From Macrostomum lignano (lineage: Eukaryota): a stretch of DNA of 64,000 nucleotides. This document shows, piece by piece, positions 44,401 through 57,052 of this stretch. Position numbers and translations under genes: made by a program. The stretch is taken from the NCBI GenBank assembly GCA_002269645.1, contig NIVC01001230.1:62001-126000 (forward strand), written 5' to 3'. Positions within the stretch are counted from its first letter, which is position 1, and each line of letters opens with the position of its first letter. The notes beneath the pieces were generated by a model. It was not told where the DNA came from. It worked only from the letters and a program-made list of their open reading frames with translations, and did not search any database.

Positions 44401-47400
44401 GGGCCGGGCAACCTGACTCCGCATGTGGCGTCCGCCTTCCTGCCCGGCGTTGACAACTGCATTCTTGACGGCGAGATGATGGGCTTCAACCTGGAGACCA
44501 ACACCATGGGCTCCAAGGCGCAGGACTTCGATATTAAGAGAGTGTCCGTGCGGGGCTACGTGCCCTGCTTTGTGGTGTTCGACCTCATCCTGCTCAACGG
44601 CCGAGTGCTCACCGACCGACCGCTTGTTGAGCGGAAAAGAATTCTTGACAATCAGGTTGGTGAGCTGGCTGGGGACTGCGGGGTGACAATAGGTGACTGA
44701 GTTGCCGAAAGAGTGACAATGATGACTGATTCAGTTGCCGAATGAGTGACAATGATGACTGATTCAGTTGCCGGAGGGAGTGACAATGATGACTGATTCA
44801 GTTGCCGGAGGGAGTGACAATGATGACTGATTCAGTTGCCGGAGGGAGTGACAATGATGACTGATTCAGTTGCCGGAGGAGTGACAATGATGACTGATTC
44901 AGTTGCCGGAGGAGTGACAATGATGACTGATTCAGTTGCCGGAGGGAGTGACAATGATGACTGATTCAGTTGCCGGAGGAGTGACAATGATGACTGATTC
45001 AGTTGCCGGAGGAGTGACAATGATGACTGATTCAGTTGCCGGAGGAGTGACAATGATGACTGATTCAGTTGCCGGAGGAGTGACAATGATGACTGATTCA
45101 GTTGCCGGAGGGAGTGACAATGATGACTGATTCAGTTGCCGGAGGGAGTGACAATGATGACTGATTCAGTTGCCGGAGGGAGTGACAATGATGACTGATT
45201 CAGTTGCCGGAGGAGTGACAATGATGACTGATTCAGTTGCCGGAGGAGTGACAATGATGACTGATTCAGTTGCCGGAGGAGTGACAATGATGACTGATTC
45301 AGTTGCCGGAGGAGTGACAATGATGACTGATTCAGTTGCCGGAGGGAGTGACAATGATGACTGATTCAGTTGCCGGGGGGAGTGACATTAGGGAATGGGA
45401 TATCAGGGCAAGTGACATCAGGGAGTGGGGTGTCAAGCGAGTGACATCGGGGAGTGGGGTGTCAAGCGAGTGACATCGGGGAGTGGGGTGTCAAGCGAGT
45501 GACATCGGGGAGTGGGGTGTCAAGCGAGTGACATCAGGGAGTGGGGTGTCAAGCGAGTGACATCGGGGAGTGGGGTGTCAGGCGTCACTACAATGAGAGC
45601 CGGTGCTGCATCAACAGGTGCTGGCCCCGGTGCCGGGCCGGCTGCTCATCTCCGAGTGGAGCCTGGCCTCCACACAGGCCGAAGCTGTGGAGAAATTCAA
45701 TGCCGCAATTGAATCGCGCGAAGAAGGCCTGATGGCCAAGCTGGCTGACTCGGTGTACAGCGTGGCGAGCCGCAAGGCCGGCTGGTTCAAGCTCAAGCCG
45801 GAGTTCGTCGGCGGCCTCGTTGACGATGTCGACTGCGTCATCGTTGGCGGCTACTTCGGCAGCGGCCACCGGGCCGGCATGTGCAGCCACTTCCTCTGCG
45901 CCCTGCCCGACGTCGGCGAGGACGACGTTGGCGCGGCGGGTGGCGGCGAAGACGATGATGGAGATGCCGGTGCCAGCGTGAAGTACCTGAGCTTCTGCAA
46001 GGTGGGCAGCGGCTACTCCAAGCAGACTCTGTTCGAGTACAACATGAAGATGGCTCAGCATTGGCAGCGGTTCGATAAGCGCAGCCCGCCGGAGGCCTTC
46101 CGACTGGCTGACGGGCAGCGCGAGCGGCCGGACGTGTGGATTGATCCCAGCAACTCCTTTGTGGTTCAGGTCGGCTAATTGCTGTCTGTGCTCATCACTG
46201 CTCATAGATTGCTCATCACTGCTCATAGATTGCTCATCACTGCTCATAGATTGCTCATCACTGCTCATAGATTGCTCATCACTGCTTATAGATTGCTCAT
46301 CACTGCTCATAGATTGCTCATCACTGCTCATAGATTGCTCATCACTGCTCATAGATTGCAGTGCTCATCACTGCTCATAGATTGCTCATCACTGCTCATA
46401 AATTGCAGTGCTCATCACTGCTCATAGATTGCAGTGCTCATCACTGCTCATAGATTGCAGTGCTCATCACTGCTCATAGATTGCTCATCACTGCTCATAG
46501 ATTGCAGTGCTCATCACTGCTCATAGATTGCTCATCACTGCTCATAGATTGCAGTGCTCATCACTGCTCATAGATTGCTCATCACTGCTCATGGATTGCT
46601 CATCACTGCTCATAAGTTGCAGTGCTCATCACTGCTCATAGATTGCAGTGCTCATCACTGCTCATGGATTACAGTGCTCATCACTGCTCATAGATTGTTC
46701 ATCACTGCTCATAGATTGCAGTGCTCATCACTGCTCATAGATTGCAGTGCTCATCACTGCTCATAGATTGCTCATCACTGCTCATAGATTGCTCATCACT
46801 GCTCATAGATTGCTCATCACTGCTCATAGATTGCTCATCACTGCTCATAGATTGCTCATCACTGCTCATAGATTGCTCATCACTGCTCATAGATTGCTCA
46901 TCACTGCTCATAGATTGCAGTGCTCATCACTGCTCATAGATTGCAGTGCTCATCACTGCTCATAGATTGCAGTGCTCATCACTGCTCATAGATTGCAGTG
47001 CTCATCACTGCTCATAGATTACAGTGCTCATCACTGCTCATAGATTGCAGTGCTCATCATTGCTCATAGATTGCAGTGCTCATCACTGCTCATAGATTGC
47101 TCATCACTGCTCATAGATTGCTCATCACTGCTCATAGATTGCAGTGCTCATCACTGCTCAGAGATTGCTCATCACTGCTCATAGATTGCAGTGCTCATCA
47201 CTGCTCATAGATTGCCCATCACTGCTCATAAATTGCAGTGCTCATCACTGCTCATAGATTGCAGTGCTCATCACTGCTCATAGATTGCAGTGCTCATCAC
47301 TGCTCATAGATTGCAGTGCTCATCACTGCTCATAGATTGCAGTGCTCATCACTGCTCATAGATTGCTCATCACTGCTCATAGATTGCTCATCACTGCTCA

Positions 47401-50061
47401 TAGATTGCAGTGCTCATCACTGCTCATAGATTGCTCATCACTGCTCATAGATTGCTCATCACTGCTCATAGATTGCTCATCACTGCTCATAGATTGCTCA
47501 TCACTGCTCATAGATTGCTCATCACTGCTCATAGATTGCTCATCACTGCTCATAGATTGCAGTGCTCATCACTGCTCATAGATTGCTCATCACTGCTCAT
47601 AGATTGCTCATTACTGCTCATAGATTGCAGTGCTCATCATTGCTCATAGATTGCAGTGCTCATCATTGCTCATAGATTGCAGTGCTCATCACTGCTCATA
47701 GATTGCAGTGCTCATCACTGCTCATAGATTGCAGTGCTCATCACTGCTCATAGATTGCTCATCACTGCTCATAGATTGCTCACTGCTCATGACCGCACTG
47801 CAGGTCCGGGCCAGCGAGATCGTGGCCTCGGACGCCTACGCCACCGGCTACACTCTGCGCTTCCCCCGCGTTGTCGGCTTTCGCGAAGACAAAACCTGCA
47901 GGCAGGCGACCAGCGTCGCCCAGCTGACGGCCCTGCGGCTGCGCAGTCAGGGCAAGCTGGCCCGCTCGGTGCTGCCCGTCGGCGGCAATCGTGATGACAA
48001 CGACTGCGAAGACAACGAAGATGGAGCGGCAGCGTCATCCACAACGTCGCCGCCAGGACGGAAACGACAGCGTCGGGCTCCGGTAGCCAGGGCGGCGGCA
48101 GCCCGGCCCCAGGTTGGCTCTCAGTTTGTCGGCGTCTCGGCCGCTGCCGATACGGCCGGCTTCTTGACCGGCTGCGAGCTGATGGTGCTGAACGGCCTGG
48201 AGGCGGCGCCCAAAGCCGAGCTGGAGCGCCGGGTGCTGGCCGCCGGCGGCCGGGTCGTCCAGAATCCCGGCAGGGCCACCCGCTGCGTGGTGGCGCACTC
48301 GGTGAACGCCAGGGCGCGCAACCTGATCGCCAGCGGCCGGCACGATGTGGCCACCGCCGACTGGCTGCTGGCCAGCCTGGAGGCCGGCCGCCTGCTGCCG
48401 CTCACCCGCCAGTTCGTCCACTTTGCCCGGCCGGCCACTCTGGCCAAAGAGGAGCGCGCGGCGTCGGCGGCGGTCGGCAGCCACGACGAGTTCGGCGACA
48501 GCTACACGAAGCCGGTGACGCCGCAGGCTCTCGGCGAATTGCTGGACAAAACTCACTGCGGCCAGTCGACTTCGGGAACTGCTGCCGCCGACGACTATGC
48601 GGACGATGACGAAGTCGAGGCTGAATGGCCGACCGAGCTGCTGCCGGACGATGTGGGACTGCCGCTGGCCGGCTGCACTGTGTATCTGGATTGCTGCCTC
48701 CTCATTGGTGAGCGGCCCTTAAAATCGCCCTCAAACCACCTCAAAAATCGCCCTCAAGGCACCTCCAAATCGCCCTCAAGGCACTTCAAGAATCGCTCTC
48801 AAACCATCTCAAAACCCGCCCTCAAGGCACCTCAAAAATCGCCCTCAAGGCACCTCAAAAATCGCCCTCAAGGCACTTCAAAAATCGCCCTCAAGGCACT
48901 TCAAGAATCGCCCTCAAGGCACCTCAAGAATCGCTATCAAACCACCTCAGAAATCGCCCTCAAGGCACCTCAAGAATCGCTCTCAAATCACCTCAAAAAT
49001 CGCCCTCAAGGCACCTCAAAAATCGCCCTCAAGGCACCTCAAAAATCGCCCTCAAGGCATCTCAAAAATCGCCCTCAAGGCACCTCAAAAATCGCCCTCA
49101 AGGCACCTCAAAAATCGCCCTCAAGGCACCTCAAAACTCGCCCTCAAGGCACCTCAAAAATCGCCCTCAAACCACCTCAAAAATCGCCCTCAAGGCACCT
49201 CAAAAATCGCCCTCAAGGCACCTCAAAAAGCGCCCTCAAGGCACCTCAAAACTCGCCCTCAAGGCACCTCAAAACTCGCCCTCAAGGCACCTCAAAAATC
49301 GCCCTCAAGGCACCTCAAGAATCGCTCTCAAACCACCTCAAGAATCGCCCTCAAACCACCTCAAAAATCGCCCTCAAGGCACCTCAAAAATCGCCCTCAA
49401 GGCACCTCAAAAATCGCCCTCAAGGCACCTCAAAAATTGCCCTTAAGGCACCTCCAAATCGCCCTCAAACCACCTCAAAAATCGCCCTCAAACCACCTCA
49501 AAAATCGCCCTCAAACCACCTCAAAAATCGCCCTCAAACCACCTCAAAAATCGCCCTCAAACCACCTCAAAGATCGCCCTCAAGGCACCTCAAAAATCGC
49601 CCTCAAACCACCTCAAAAATCGCCCTCAAACCACCTCAAAAATCGCCATCAAACCACCTCAAGAATCGCCCCAAGCCGATCCTGACCTCCCCAAAAGACG
49701 CCTGAATCGGTAACCAGTGCTACTACTGTCAGTAGTAGATCAATGCAGTTCAATTCTCCCCGCCCCACCAGGCGATCCAACAACTCGCCGAGATCCGGAC
49801 GGCCGCTGGCGCGAACTTGCCGCCGATGTCCGTCGGGCCGGCGGCCGCCTCGCCGCCTCGTTGACTCCGTCGGTGACGCACGCGGTGGTTCGGCCTGACG
49901 AGGACGCCAGCCGGCTGCGACAGATTCGAGAGGCCGCCAGCCGGGACCAGCGGCGCCGAATCCACGTTGTCACGGCCGACTGGGTGACCGACAGCTGCCG
50001 GCCCGCCGGTGACGATGCGTCATCAGTTGAGAGGAAGTGCGAGCGGCTGTACATGCCCTGA
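41406..50061 (+). CDS. LIG4: DNA ligase IV; exons 41406-41906, 42560-42787, 44149-44655, 45618-46169, 47804-48707, 49772-50061; ~993 aa
   Basis: DBD (DSFYPAMRLLLP..YGIKE, GDFA, EQKWLIRIVLRD), adenylation motif EVKFDGER, EEGLMAK, WFKLKPE, CKVGSGY, YTLRFPRV, two BRCT domains flanking an XRCC4-binding-like DEFGDSY linker. All five introns are GT-AG with consistent phases; total 2982 nt. Confidence 0.96.
41986..42482. repeat. LIG4 intron 1 minisatellite, ~21-bp unit
   Basis: GAGTTGGAGGGTAGACATTGA-type unit, G-rich on the + strand. Confidence 0.93.
42860..44125. repeat. LIG4 intron 2 minisatellite, 33-bp unit, ~38 copies
   Basis: AGTGAGATTTTGAATTGGATTATCATGATCTCC with recurring variant order. 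Confidence 0.96.
44690..45580. repeat. LIG4 intron 3 minisatellites: 33/34-bp array followed by a 29-bp array
   Basis: GAGTGACAATGATGACTGATTCAGTTGCCGGAG(G) to ~45385; GGGAGTGGGGTGTCAAGCGAGTGACATCG from ~45410. Confidence 0.95.
46187..47790. repeat. LIG4 intron 4 minisatellite, 21/26-bp units
   Basis: TGCTCATCACTGCTCATAGAT with or without a TGCAG insert. Confidence 0.96.
48720..49680. repeat. LIG4 intron 5 minisatellite, ~23-bp unit
   Basis: AAATCGCCCTCAA(GG/AC)CACCTCAA. Confidence 0.95.
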
Positions 50062-50241
50062 TTAGTTAGTTGTGCAGTCTGTACTTTTTATCGAAAATCT
50101 ACCTTAAAATACATAGAAATAAATTTTTAGCCCTTATTTTTATGCCTTATAATCGCTAGTGCCGTTCGTGATGGATTTGTTATTCTGCCTTCATAATTTC
50201 AACTTCGAATCAAGCGAACGCATTATAATCGCATTATTTCC

Positions 50242-50500
50242 CGTTGAAAACGTTACCGGGACAACAGTCGCTAAACAGCCATTTCAAACAACTCACTGGT
50301 GACCCTTGGCGACTTTTTAATGACTCAAACGACTGCAATGCGACTGTTGAGTGACGAGCGCGTCACGTGATTTGCAGAATCGTAAGATTCCGCAGAATCT
50401 CGCGGAAAAAAGTCGTCCAAGAGATGTTTGTGTTGGCGCATAACTTTCTAATGAACTCAAGTAGAGTAAGTTTTTATATGAATAAAATGAGAAATGCGTT
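50242..50500 (+). repeat. Dispersed repeat, copy 1 (homologous to 56816-57052)
   Basis: Shared blocks CGTTGAAA(A)CGTTACC, ATTTCAAACAACTCACTGGTGAC, GACTTTTTAA.GACTCAAACGAC.GCAATGCGAC, TCACGTGA.TTGCAGAATCGTAAGATT. Confidence 0.8.
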
Positions 50501-50895
50501 ATATAAGAAGGCATGCACTGTAATGTATAGTTATGGTATGCATTGAATTCTAATATTGCGCACTTGAGATTTACAAGTTATACTTACATTAAATTAGTAA
50601 CTCCCTGCTAGGCTCTCATTCAGTAATTCGGAGCTACTGTCTAGTACTCAATTATATTCATTCCTATTGTTCTGTACAATGTTTTTAGTTTGTTTTACTT
50701 AGCATAGCCAGGGACTTCTCAATTGTAGTATCTGGACTGGAAGCTTGTCCAAAAGTTCATCATTTCATCAGTCCTTGGATTAAGCTTTATAATATAAAGA
50801 TCGTTAGACATTCTGCATTTTTGTGCAGGCATAAATCGCCACATTTTTTTTAATAGACTATCTTTATTCCAGTTTTTACACCTATATTTAATATA

Positions 50896-51811
50896 CCATT
50901 TCAACAACGGATTCGTCAAAAGTGAGTTCAAATTGGTCAGCGTATGCAAAACTATATAGCGCTCAAGGGGAAGAGAATGAGTGTCTATGGTAAATTTTTA
51001 GAGAAAGTGACTTCGAATTCGTCTGAGTAAGTGAAATTCGTCAGTGCAAATACAGCCTGATCAGAAAAATGTCTGCTTTGTCCATGGTAAGAAAAGAAGT
51101 TGTCTATGGTAAATTTAAGTAAGAGAGTGAGTGAATTTCGTCTGGAAAAGTAGCCCAATGTCTTGAAATCTTCATTTCATGCTTTGATTGTTGTCAGGGA
51201 TGCCCTACATGACAACAAACAGCCAATGTAACGCACAAAGTCCCATCAAGCCGACGACTGATTGCCTGCGTTGTCACAGCAGGAGCAGCAGGAAAATCTG
51301 CAACAAGCTTTTGCTGCATTTCTTTGAGGGTCACAGTCGGCTTCTCTTCCACATACCTCGTCAACGCCCCGAGCATCTCCTCAGAAAACTTTGGTCTCAC
51401 TGCATCGCCACGCGCGTTAAGATCGATCCTACCCTCATCAACATATCTCCTGATGATGTCACTGGCAGTTGTCATCTTGATATCCAGTTCAATTGTGAGA
51501 TGTCTCCAGTCTCATCCTTGTTGAAAACATCGCACGAGTCTAGAGCGATCCACAGACGAAATTCTCATGTAGGGCATCTCTGACAACAATCAAAGCATGA
51601 AATGAAGATTTCAGGCAATTGGGCTACTTTTCCACAGACGAAATTCACTCACTTTCTTACTTAAATTTACCATAGAAACCTTTTCTTACCATGGACAAAG
51701 CAAACTTTTTCTGATCATGTTGTGATCTCTTCCCCTTGAGCGCTATATAGTTTTGCATACGCTGACGAATTTGAACTCACTTTTGACTAATCCGAAGTTG
51801 AAATGGCACAG
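50896..51811 (-). mobile_element. Tc1/mariner-like deletion derivative with long inverted arms and a transposase N-terminal (HTH) remnant
   Basis: 50896-50977 mirrors 51727-51806 and 51058-51212 mirrors 51565-51717. Minus-strand MPYMRISSVDRSRLVRCFQQG*DWRHL..TASDIIRRYVDEG..RG..RPK..LTRYVEEKPTVTLKEMQQKL from 51577; the right end finishes CAGTA. Confidence 0.78.
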
Positions 51812-53300
51812 TAATATCGCTGTTTCAGTCAATTTTCCGATGGACGCTTTTAAAAGTGTACACGGAGCCTAGTCAAAGTGTAGTCTATGGCCCAAACCAA
51901 AATGGCTGGAAGGCGCAATAAGTTTTCTAACTAAGGCAATCAATTTCCACACCCTGTGAGCAGAGGGAGGACTCCATGGAAAAAGGAGCGGAATTTTGTC
52001 TATGGCCAAGCTATACTGAGGCCATTTTCAGTACAGGGGCTTTTCTGAGATGCTTTAGAGGGCTGTGAGGCACACTGGCGCAACGTCATTGTTTAGCAAT
52101 TTGACGATCATTATTCACATTTTTAATGCAGAACAATACATTACTACAAACAATGCATTGTCTGTAGGATCGTCAAACAGAAAAATGAATGTGTTTGCGC
52201 AGGGAATCGAACCAGGGATTCTGGCCTCATTGATTTGTTTGCAAAACCGCAGTGCTTTTCCGAGCTTTCTGCTTTCAATTGCTATCATGAAATGTAAAAT
52301 TCGATGATAATTTCTCTCTTCTCGAGCATATATGATTTTGTCATTTCATCTGCATCGCTATAACCATTTTTTCTGAATTGAAACCGACTGACTGCGCTTC
52401 GGTTCCACATCGGGGATGATTGCGCTAGCCGGCTCTGTTATCTTCTGGGGTCATTTTTATTCGATTAGTCTGGTGTGGTCTCTGCCTAATGCACGCCCGG
52501 TCTGTCCATTTCCATCCATTAACGAGCGTCGAGGCGCGATGTGGATTTATTAGCCTTTTTCCCGTATTTTCTCCTTTCCCAGGAAATCGATTGCGTTGGG
52601 GAAAAATTGCGGTGTAGGAATGCTTGCCGCCTTTCAATCCAACGTCTCGTGGGTGCCACTAATTATCCTGAGGGTGCTGGTGTGTCCCTGGGCTGTCTGG
52701 CTGATGACCCCTGAATGTATAGAAGCTGACTTGCCTTTGCTCTTGGTGAACCTGCCTGAGCAGGGAGCTGGTCAATGGGCCATCTGGAAGGCATGTTCTC
52801 CGGGAATCGACACCAACTGTCTCTGAGTTTTTAACTGAATCCAAAACTGTGGAGTCAATATAATCAGCTCAAGTCAAGGTTAGGCGCTTTCGATTGGAGT
52901 TGCATCACGTTGTATTGTACGAATGTAAATCTTGTGCAGAAACAGAGTATTTCGGCTTATTTATGAATCAAATATGAAGCCTCATGGCAGTTTCATTCTG
53001 GCTTTGATGACTTTTGCTAGACTTTCTATATTGAGTCATTGGGTAAAATACCTTGTCCTCTACGGTAGGTTTTAAAAATTTGAAACCTCATCAGAGATTT
53101 CCAGCTCAAATTTATCACGAGGAGCACTATAAAAGTTCCAACTGCACTTAAATTGAACTTCACTTTTAACCCCCACATGGCATGTGGTTTCGCAGTCTTC
53201 ATACTCTTATTTTATGGTTTGCTAATCTAAACTCTGAACTTCCCTAAGTTCCCATCATAAACCTTAAATATCTTTGGATATTTTAGCACTTTCGGAGTTT

Positions 53301-53734
53301 TGATATTTCGGATTTGTGATATTTCAGGTTTGTGATATTTCGGGTTTATGATATTTCGGGTTTGTGATATTTCGGGTTTGTGATATTTCGGGTTTGTGAT
53401 ATTTCGGGTTTGTGATATTTCGGGTTTGTGATATTTCGGATTTGTGATATTTCGGATTTGTGATATTTCGGGTTTATGATATTTCGGGTTTATGATATTT
53501 CGGATTTGATATTTCGGATTTGTGATATTTCGGGTTTATGATATTTCGGGTTTGTGATATTTCGGGTTTGTGATATTTCGGGTTTGTGATATTTCGGATT
53601 TGTGATATTTCGGATTTGTGATATTTCGGGTTTATGATATTTCGGGTTTATGATATTTCGGATTTGTGATATTTCGGATTTGTGATATTTCGGGTTTATG
53701 ATATTTCGGATTTGTGATATTTCGGGTTTGTGAT
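53301..53734. repeat. 16-bp tandem repeat, ~27 copies
   Basis: TGATATTTCGG(G/A)TTT(G/A). Confidence 0.96.
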
Positions 53735-54365
53735 GCCCCCTGACAGGGTGCGCCTGCGCTTGGCGATGGACGCTACACTCGACTTTCGTAGAAGTCAGCT
53801 GCAGGTCGGTAGAGAACTTGTATTTGTCGTACCGCCTGTTGCAGCGAGAACCGCTAATTTTCTTTCGCATCGGAAAAAATTATGTCTTGAGATCGCATTC
53901 CATATTCTGAGCACATGCAAGCGCGCCAACAATGTCCGCAGGCACAGCACTCGTACACACGCTCACTCGGGGTGCACAGCGGCCCTGACTTTCTAATCTA
54001 ACCTGGAGTCGAACCAGGGGACGTTGCGCTGCCCCGCTCTCCCCCCCTTTTCAACAGTGGATTGTAAGACAGCGAGAAGTTTTTTGCCCCAGGCGAACTT
54101 GACGCTCAATTCAATTAATTACTCGTGCGGCAAATTTTCAAAGCGAATTTTTAGTCATATCGCGCATACGATTACAGATTAGACAAATTGATCCAATTGG
54201 TTCTGCACTGACTTGACCTGATAGGTCATTGGCTCGTCAAAGTCGCTTGAGATGCAATACAATATATAAGCGCTCCGCCACTCCCAGCCAACGCTTGCAT
54301 GGTCCCGCCTGACCGCGCCCTACCCGACTCCACGCTCCTATAGCTCCCAGTGCAGCAGAAACAAA

Positions 54366-54807
54366 ATGCGCCTCTTGCCAACCGTACTACTTCTAGCCGT
54401 TGGTAAGTAGCATACCCGACTTGGCGTTGGATTTGTTGTTTGAGTTGACTAAAAATAACGGGGTTTATTAATTTTTTCCAGCCCTATTCGGCAGCTGCGC
54501 CCTCCTAGCCGATGCGCACCCGTCAGCCGGCGGGTGAGTCATGACTGACTGGCTGATTTCCTCAAGTTGTCAAGTTTGACAGACTTGCTCTCCTAATTAC
54601 AACACCCCCAAAACCAATGCATGCAGCGTGCACAAGCGGTGGTGGCCAGTCAAGTACTACGATGCCGGCAACATCGAGGTGAAGCGGCATCACAACGGCG
54701 GGCAGCCGGCCTGGGACCAGCCGTCCGAGCCCGCCCAGGTGCGCGAATTGGCGGCTGCCTCCGGACACGGACACAAGCGCTGGTGGCCGCAGCAAGAGGC
54801 CGTCTGA
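54366..54807 (+). CDS. Neuropeptide precursor (WWP peptides); exons 54366-54402, 54482-54533, 54627-54807; 89 aa
   Basis: Spliced translation MRLLPTVLLLAVALFGSCALLADAHPSAGGVH-KR-WWPVKYYDAGNIEV-KR-HHNGGQPAWDQPSEPAQVRELAAASGHGH-KR-WWPQQEAV*. GTAAGT and GTGAGT donors, CAG acceptors, phases 1 and 2 match; TATATAAG at ~54263. Confidence 0.88.
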
Positions 54808-55766
54808 GCATTCTACCGTAGAATATTAACAACAACTCACTTTCGCGAAGCCCGAGTTCTCAGCTGTCTGATAATTTCAATAGCATGCTGGTGATGCTCC
54901 ATATGGATCTGTGCGCCATTTGTTGGTATATTTGATTAAAGCAGACTCTTCAATAGCCGCTGCACACGAGTTGTGGCCAACACACTTAAAATTCAATACT
55001 GGAGCTGCAGCCCGGTGCTTGCCTTAAATTCATTTTGAATTGGCGTAGGCATGCAAATCTGAGTATTGTGCGGTATAGCTCTGGGAGTGTTTTATATTAC
55101 TGTCAGTAGTAGGGCGATGCAAAACTGTTTGCACAAAAAACGAGCTTGGATTGCTTGGGTGCGGCTGTAGCTGCTCGCTTGTGGTCCTGCAGTGCATCAA
55201 GTGGTGCCAGTACTCATTTAACTACACTGAGCAATGTCCCCTTGGTGGTTAAACTGCCAGTTGGCGACATTTCGACACGAGAAGGAGGACTGCTTCAGTC
55301 TGTAAGCGAGTTAGGCACCGGCGAAAAAGTGTTTAGAGTCTTCTCTCTCTCTCTTACCTTGTGTGTTTCTTTTGTATCCATCAGAGCAAACTCAGAGACA
55401 GAGAAAGCGGGTGAGTGAGCTTATACTCCTGGCACAGAGGGGGGTTGCAAGTCCGGACCTGCCTGGAGGCCAAGTGCATAGAAAAGCTCCCCTCTCAGAC
55501 GATCCATTCTTCTCAAGTGTCTCCGCTCGTCTCAGACTGCGCATTTAGCGCTTGGCCAGACGCACGGCACAGGCACGGCACGGATTCCCGGTGCAAAAGA
55601 AAAATAAAATTTATAGGAAGGAGATCGCCAACGGCAACAAAAGGCCAACCCAGCGTCTCTTTTTTTGCAATTTCCCTTCTCTGCTGCGCTGGTGGTTGCG
55701 CTGACAGGCAGGTGAAAGCTTATTGAATACAATAAGGCTATATAGTTGAGTTCCAAGCCCTTGCAG

Positions 55767-56512
55767 TGTCGCGAGCAAGCAGCAAATACAGGCGCAGCAT
55801 GCAGCAGCAGCAGCAGCAGCAGCGGGGCAGCCGGGGCCGGCGCAAGACCGCCCGACCGTTCGCTGAGATCCGCGTCCGCGACAAGAACATGAAGATGCAG
55901 CTGCAGCTGGGCAGCGAGTGCGCCAAGTTCAACCGAGACTGGTCGGCCTGGACCCGCGACAACGAGAAGACGGAGCGCGACCTTCTCGTGGACCTGGCGC
56001 ACATGATGGACACCAAGCTGACGCCCTCGGTTGACGACTGGTTCAACAAACGCCGAATCCGACAGGCGAGCTGCCTGCCGGACTTGCCGCCGCGCCGGCG
56101 CCGGATTCGCAACGGCGGCGACGCTCCAGGCGGCGAGGACGAGGCGGGCGCTGAGGACGACGAGGACGATGGCGACTCGGCGATGCGGCTGCTGGACCGG
56201 CAGCGAATTCTTGAGGCCAAGCGGACGGACTGGATCGGCGCCACCTCCGTGCCCGCCCGCCTGCTGCCCCGGCCGGCCACCGCCGCCGCCGCCGCTCGGG
56301 TGGCCGCCGCGACCGCCGCCAACGCCGCGGAAGATTCGCTGCTGGCTGCAGCAGCAGCGGCTGGTGGCGGCGGCAGCGGCGGCAGTGGCGGTGGCGACGC
56401 GTCTTTGACCTCGGCAGCCGCGGCAGCCTCGGCGGTTGGGGTGGTCGGCACGGGAGGCGGCAGGCCGAAGACTGCAGCCGCCATGGCGGGACTGCGGAAA
56501 ACTGCGGCTTAG
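55767..56512 (+). CDS. Hypothetical protein (terminal exon or single exon), polyQ N-terminus, Ala/Gly-rich C-terminus
   Basis: Long GC-rich open frame with coding-like codon use; CAG acceptor at 55764-55766, first ATG 55799; upstream exons not resolved. Confidence 0.6.
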
Positions 56513-56815
56513 CGCGATCGGTTTTCATTGACTGGCTTTGCTTTTATTAAAACAAATCTGGTTGTTCGCTGTAATTTAAATTGACTTTACATTTCTTAAG
56601 CTGTATAATTTGCGATCCCATGTATTTTTATTTACATGTATTACAGTGTTTACTAGGAAGGTTACCCCGTACATTCCCCGTGTCCATGCATGTACATAGA
56701 GTGCAATTTTTGTTTCAATAAATTAGAAAATAATAACTCTGCTGGCACAGCTGTCTTGGATTAAAGGATAATGAATTCGCGGCTCCAAAGCACAAACTAC
56801 ATTAGCTAACTACCA

Positions 56816-57052
56816 CGTTGAAACGTTACCCTGACCAGCAGAATCGCTAAAGAGTTATTTCAAACAACTCACTGGTGACTCTTAGCGACTCTGAAGGCGA
56901 CTCGTGCGACTTTTTAACGACTCAAACGACCGCAATGCGACGGAGAGGCGATCCTGTTGAGTCACGAGCGCATCACGTGAGTTGCAGAATCGTAAGATTT
57001 CTTCGAGCTCAAGTAGATTAAACAGAGTTGTTACAAATGTGAAATGCGATTC
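56816..57052 (+). repeat. Dispersed repeat, copy 2 (homologous to 50242-50500)
   Basis: See copy 1; this copy has two short extra segments. Confidence 0.8.

Noticed and set aside
42804-44424. 450-600-aa repeat ORFs in three frames
   Set aside because: Stop-free 33-bp intronic minisatellite; LIG4 splices cleanly across it (42787 to 44149).
48708-49705. Lys/Pro-rich extension of the 665-aa LIG4 ORF
   Set aside because: A GTGAG donor at 48708 and a phase-matched acceptor at 49771 restore BRCT2; the extension is intron 5 repeat.
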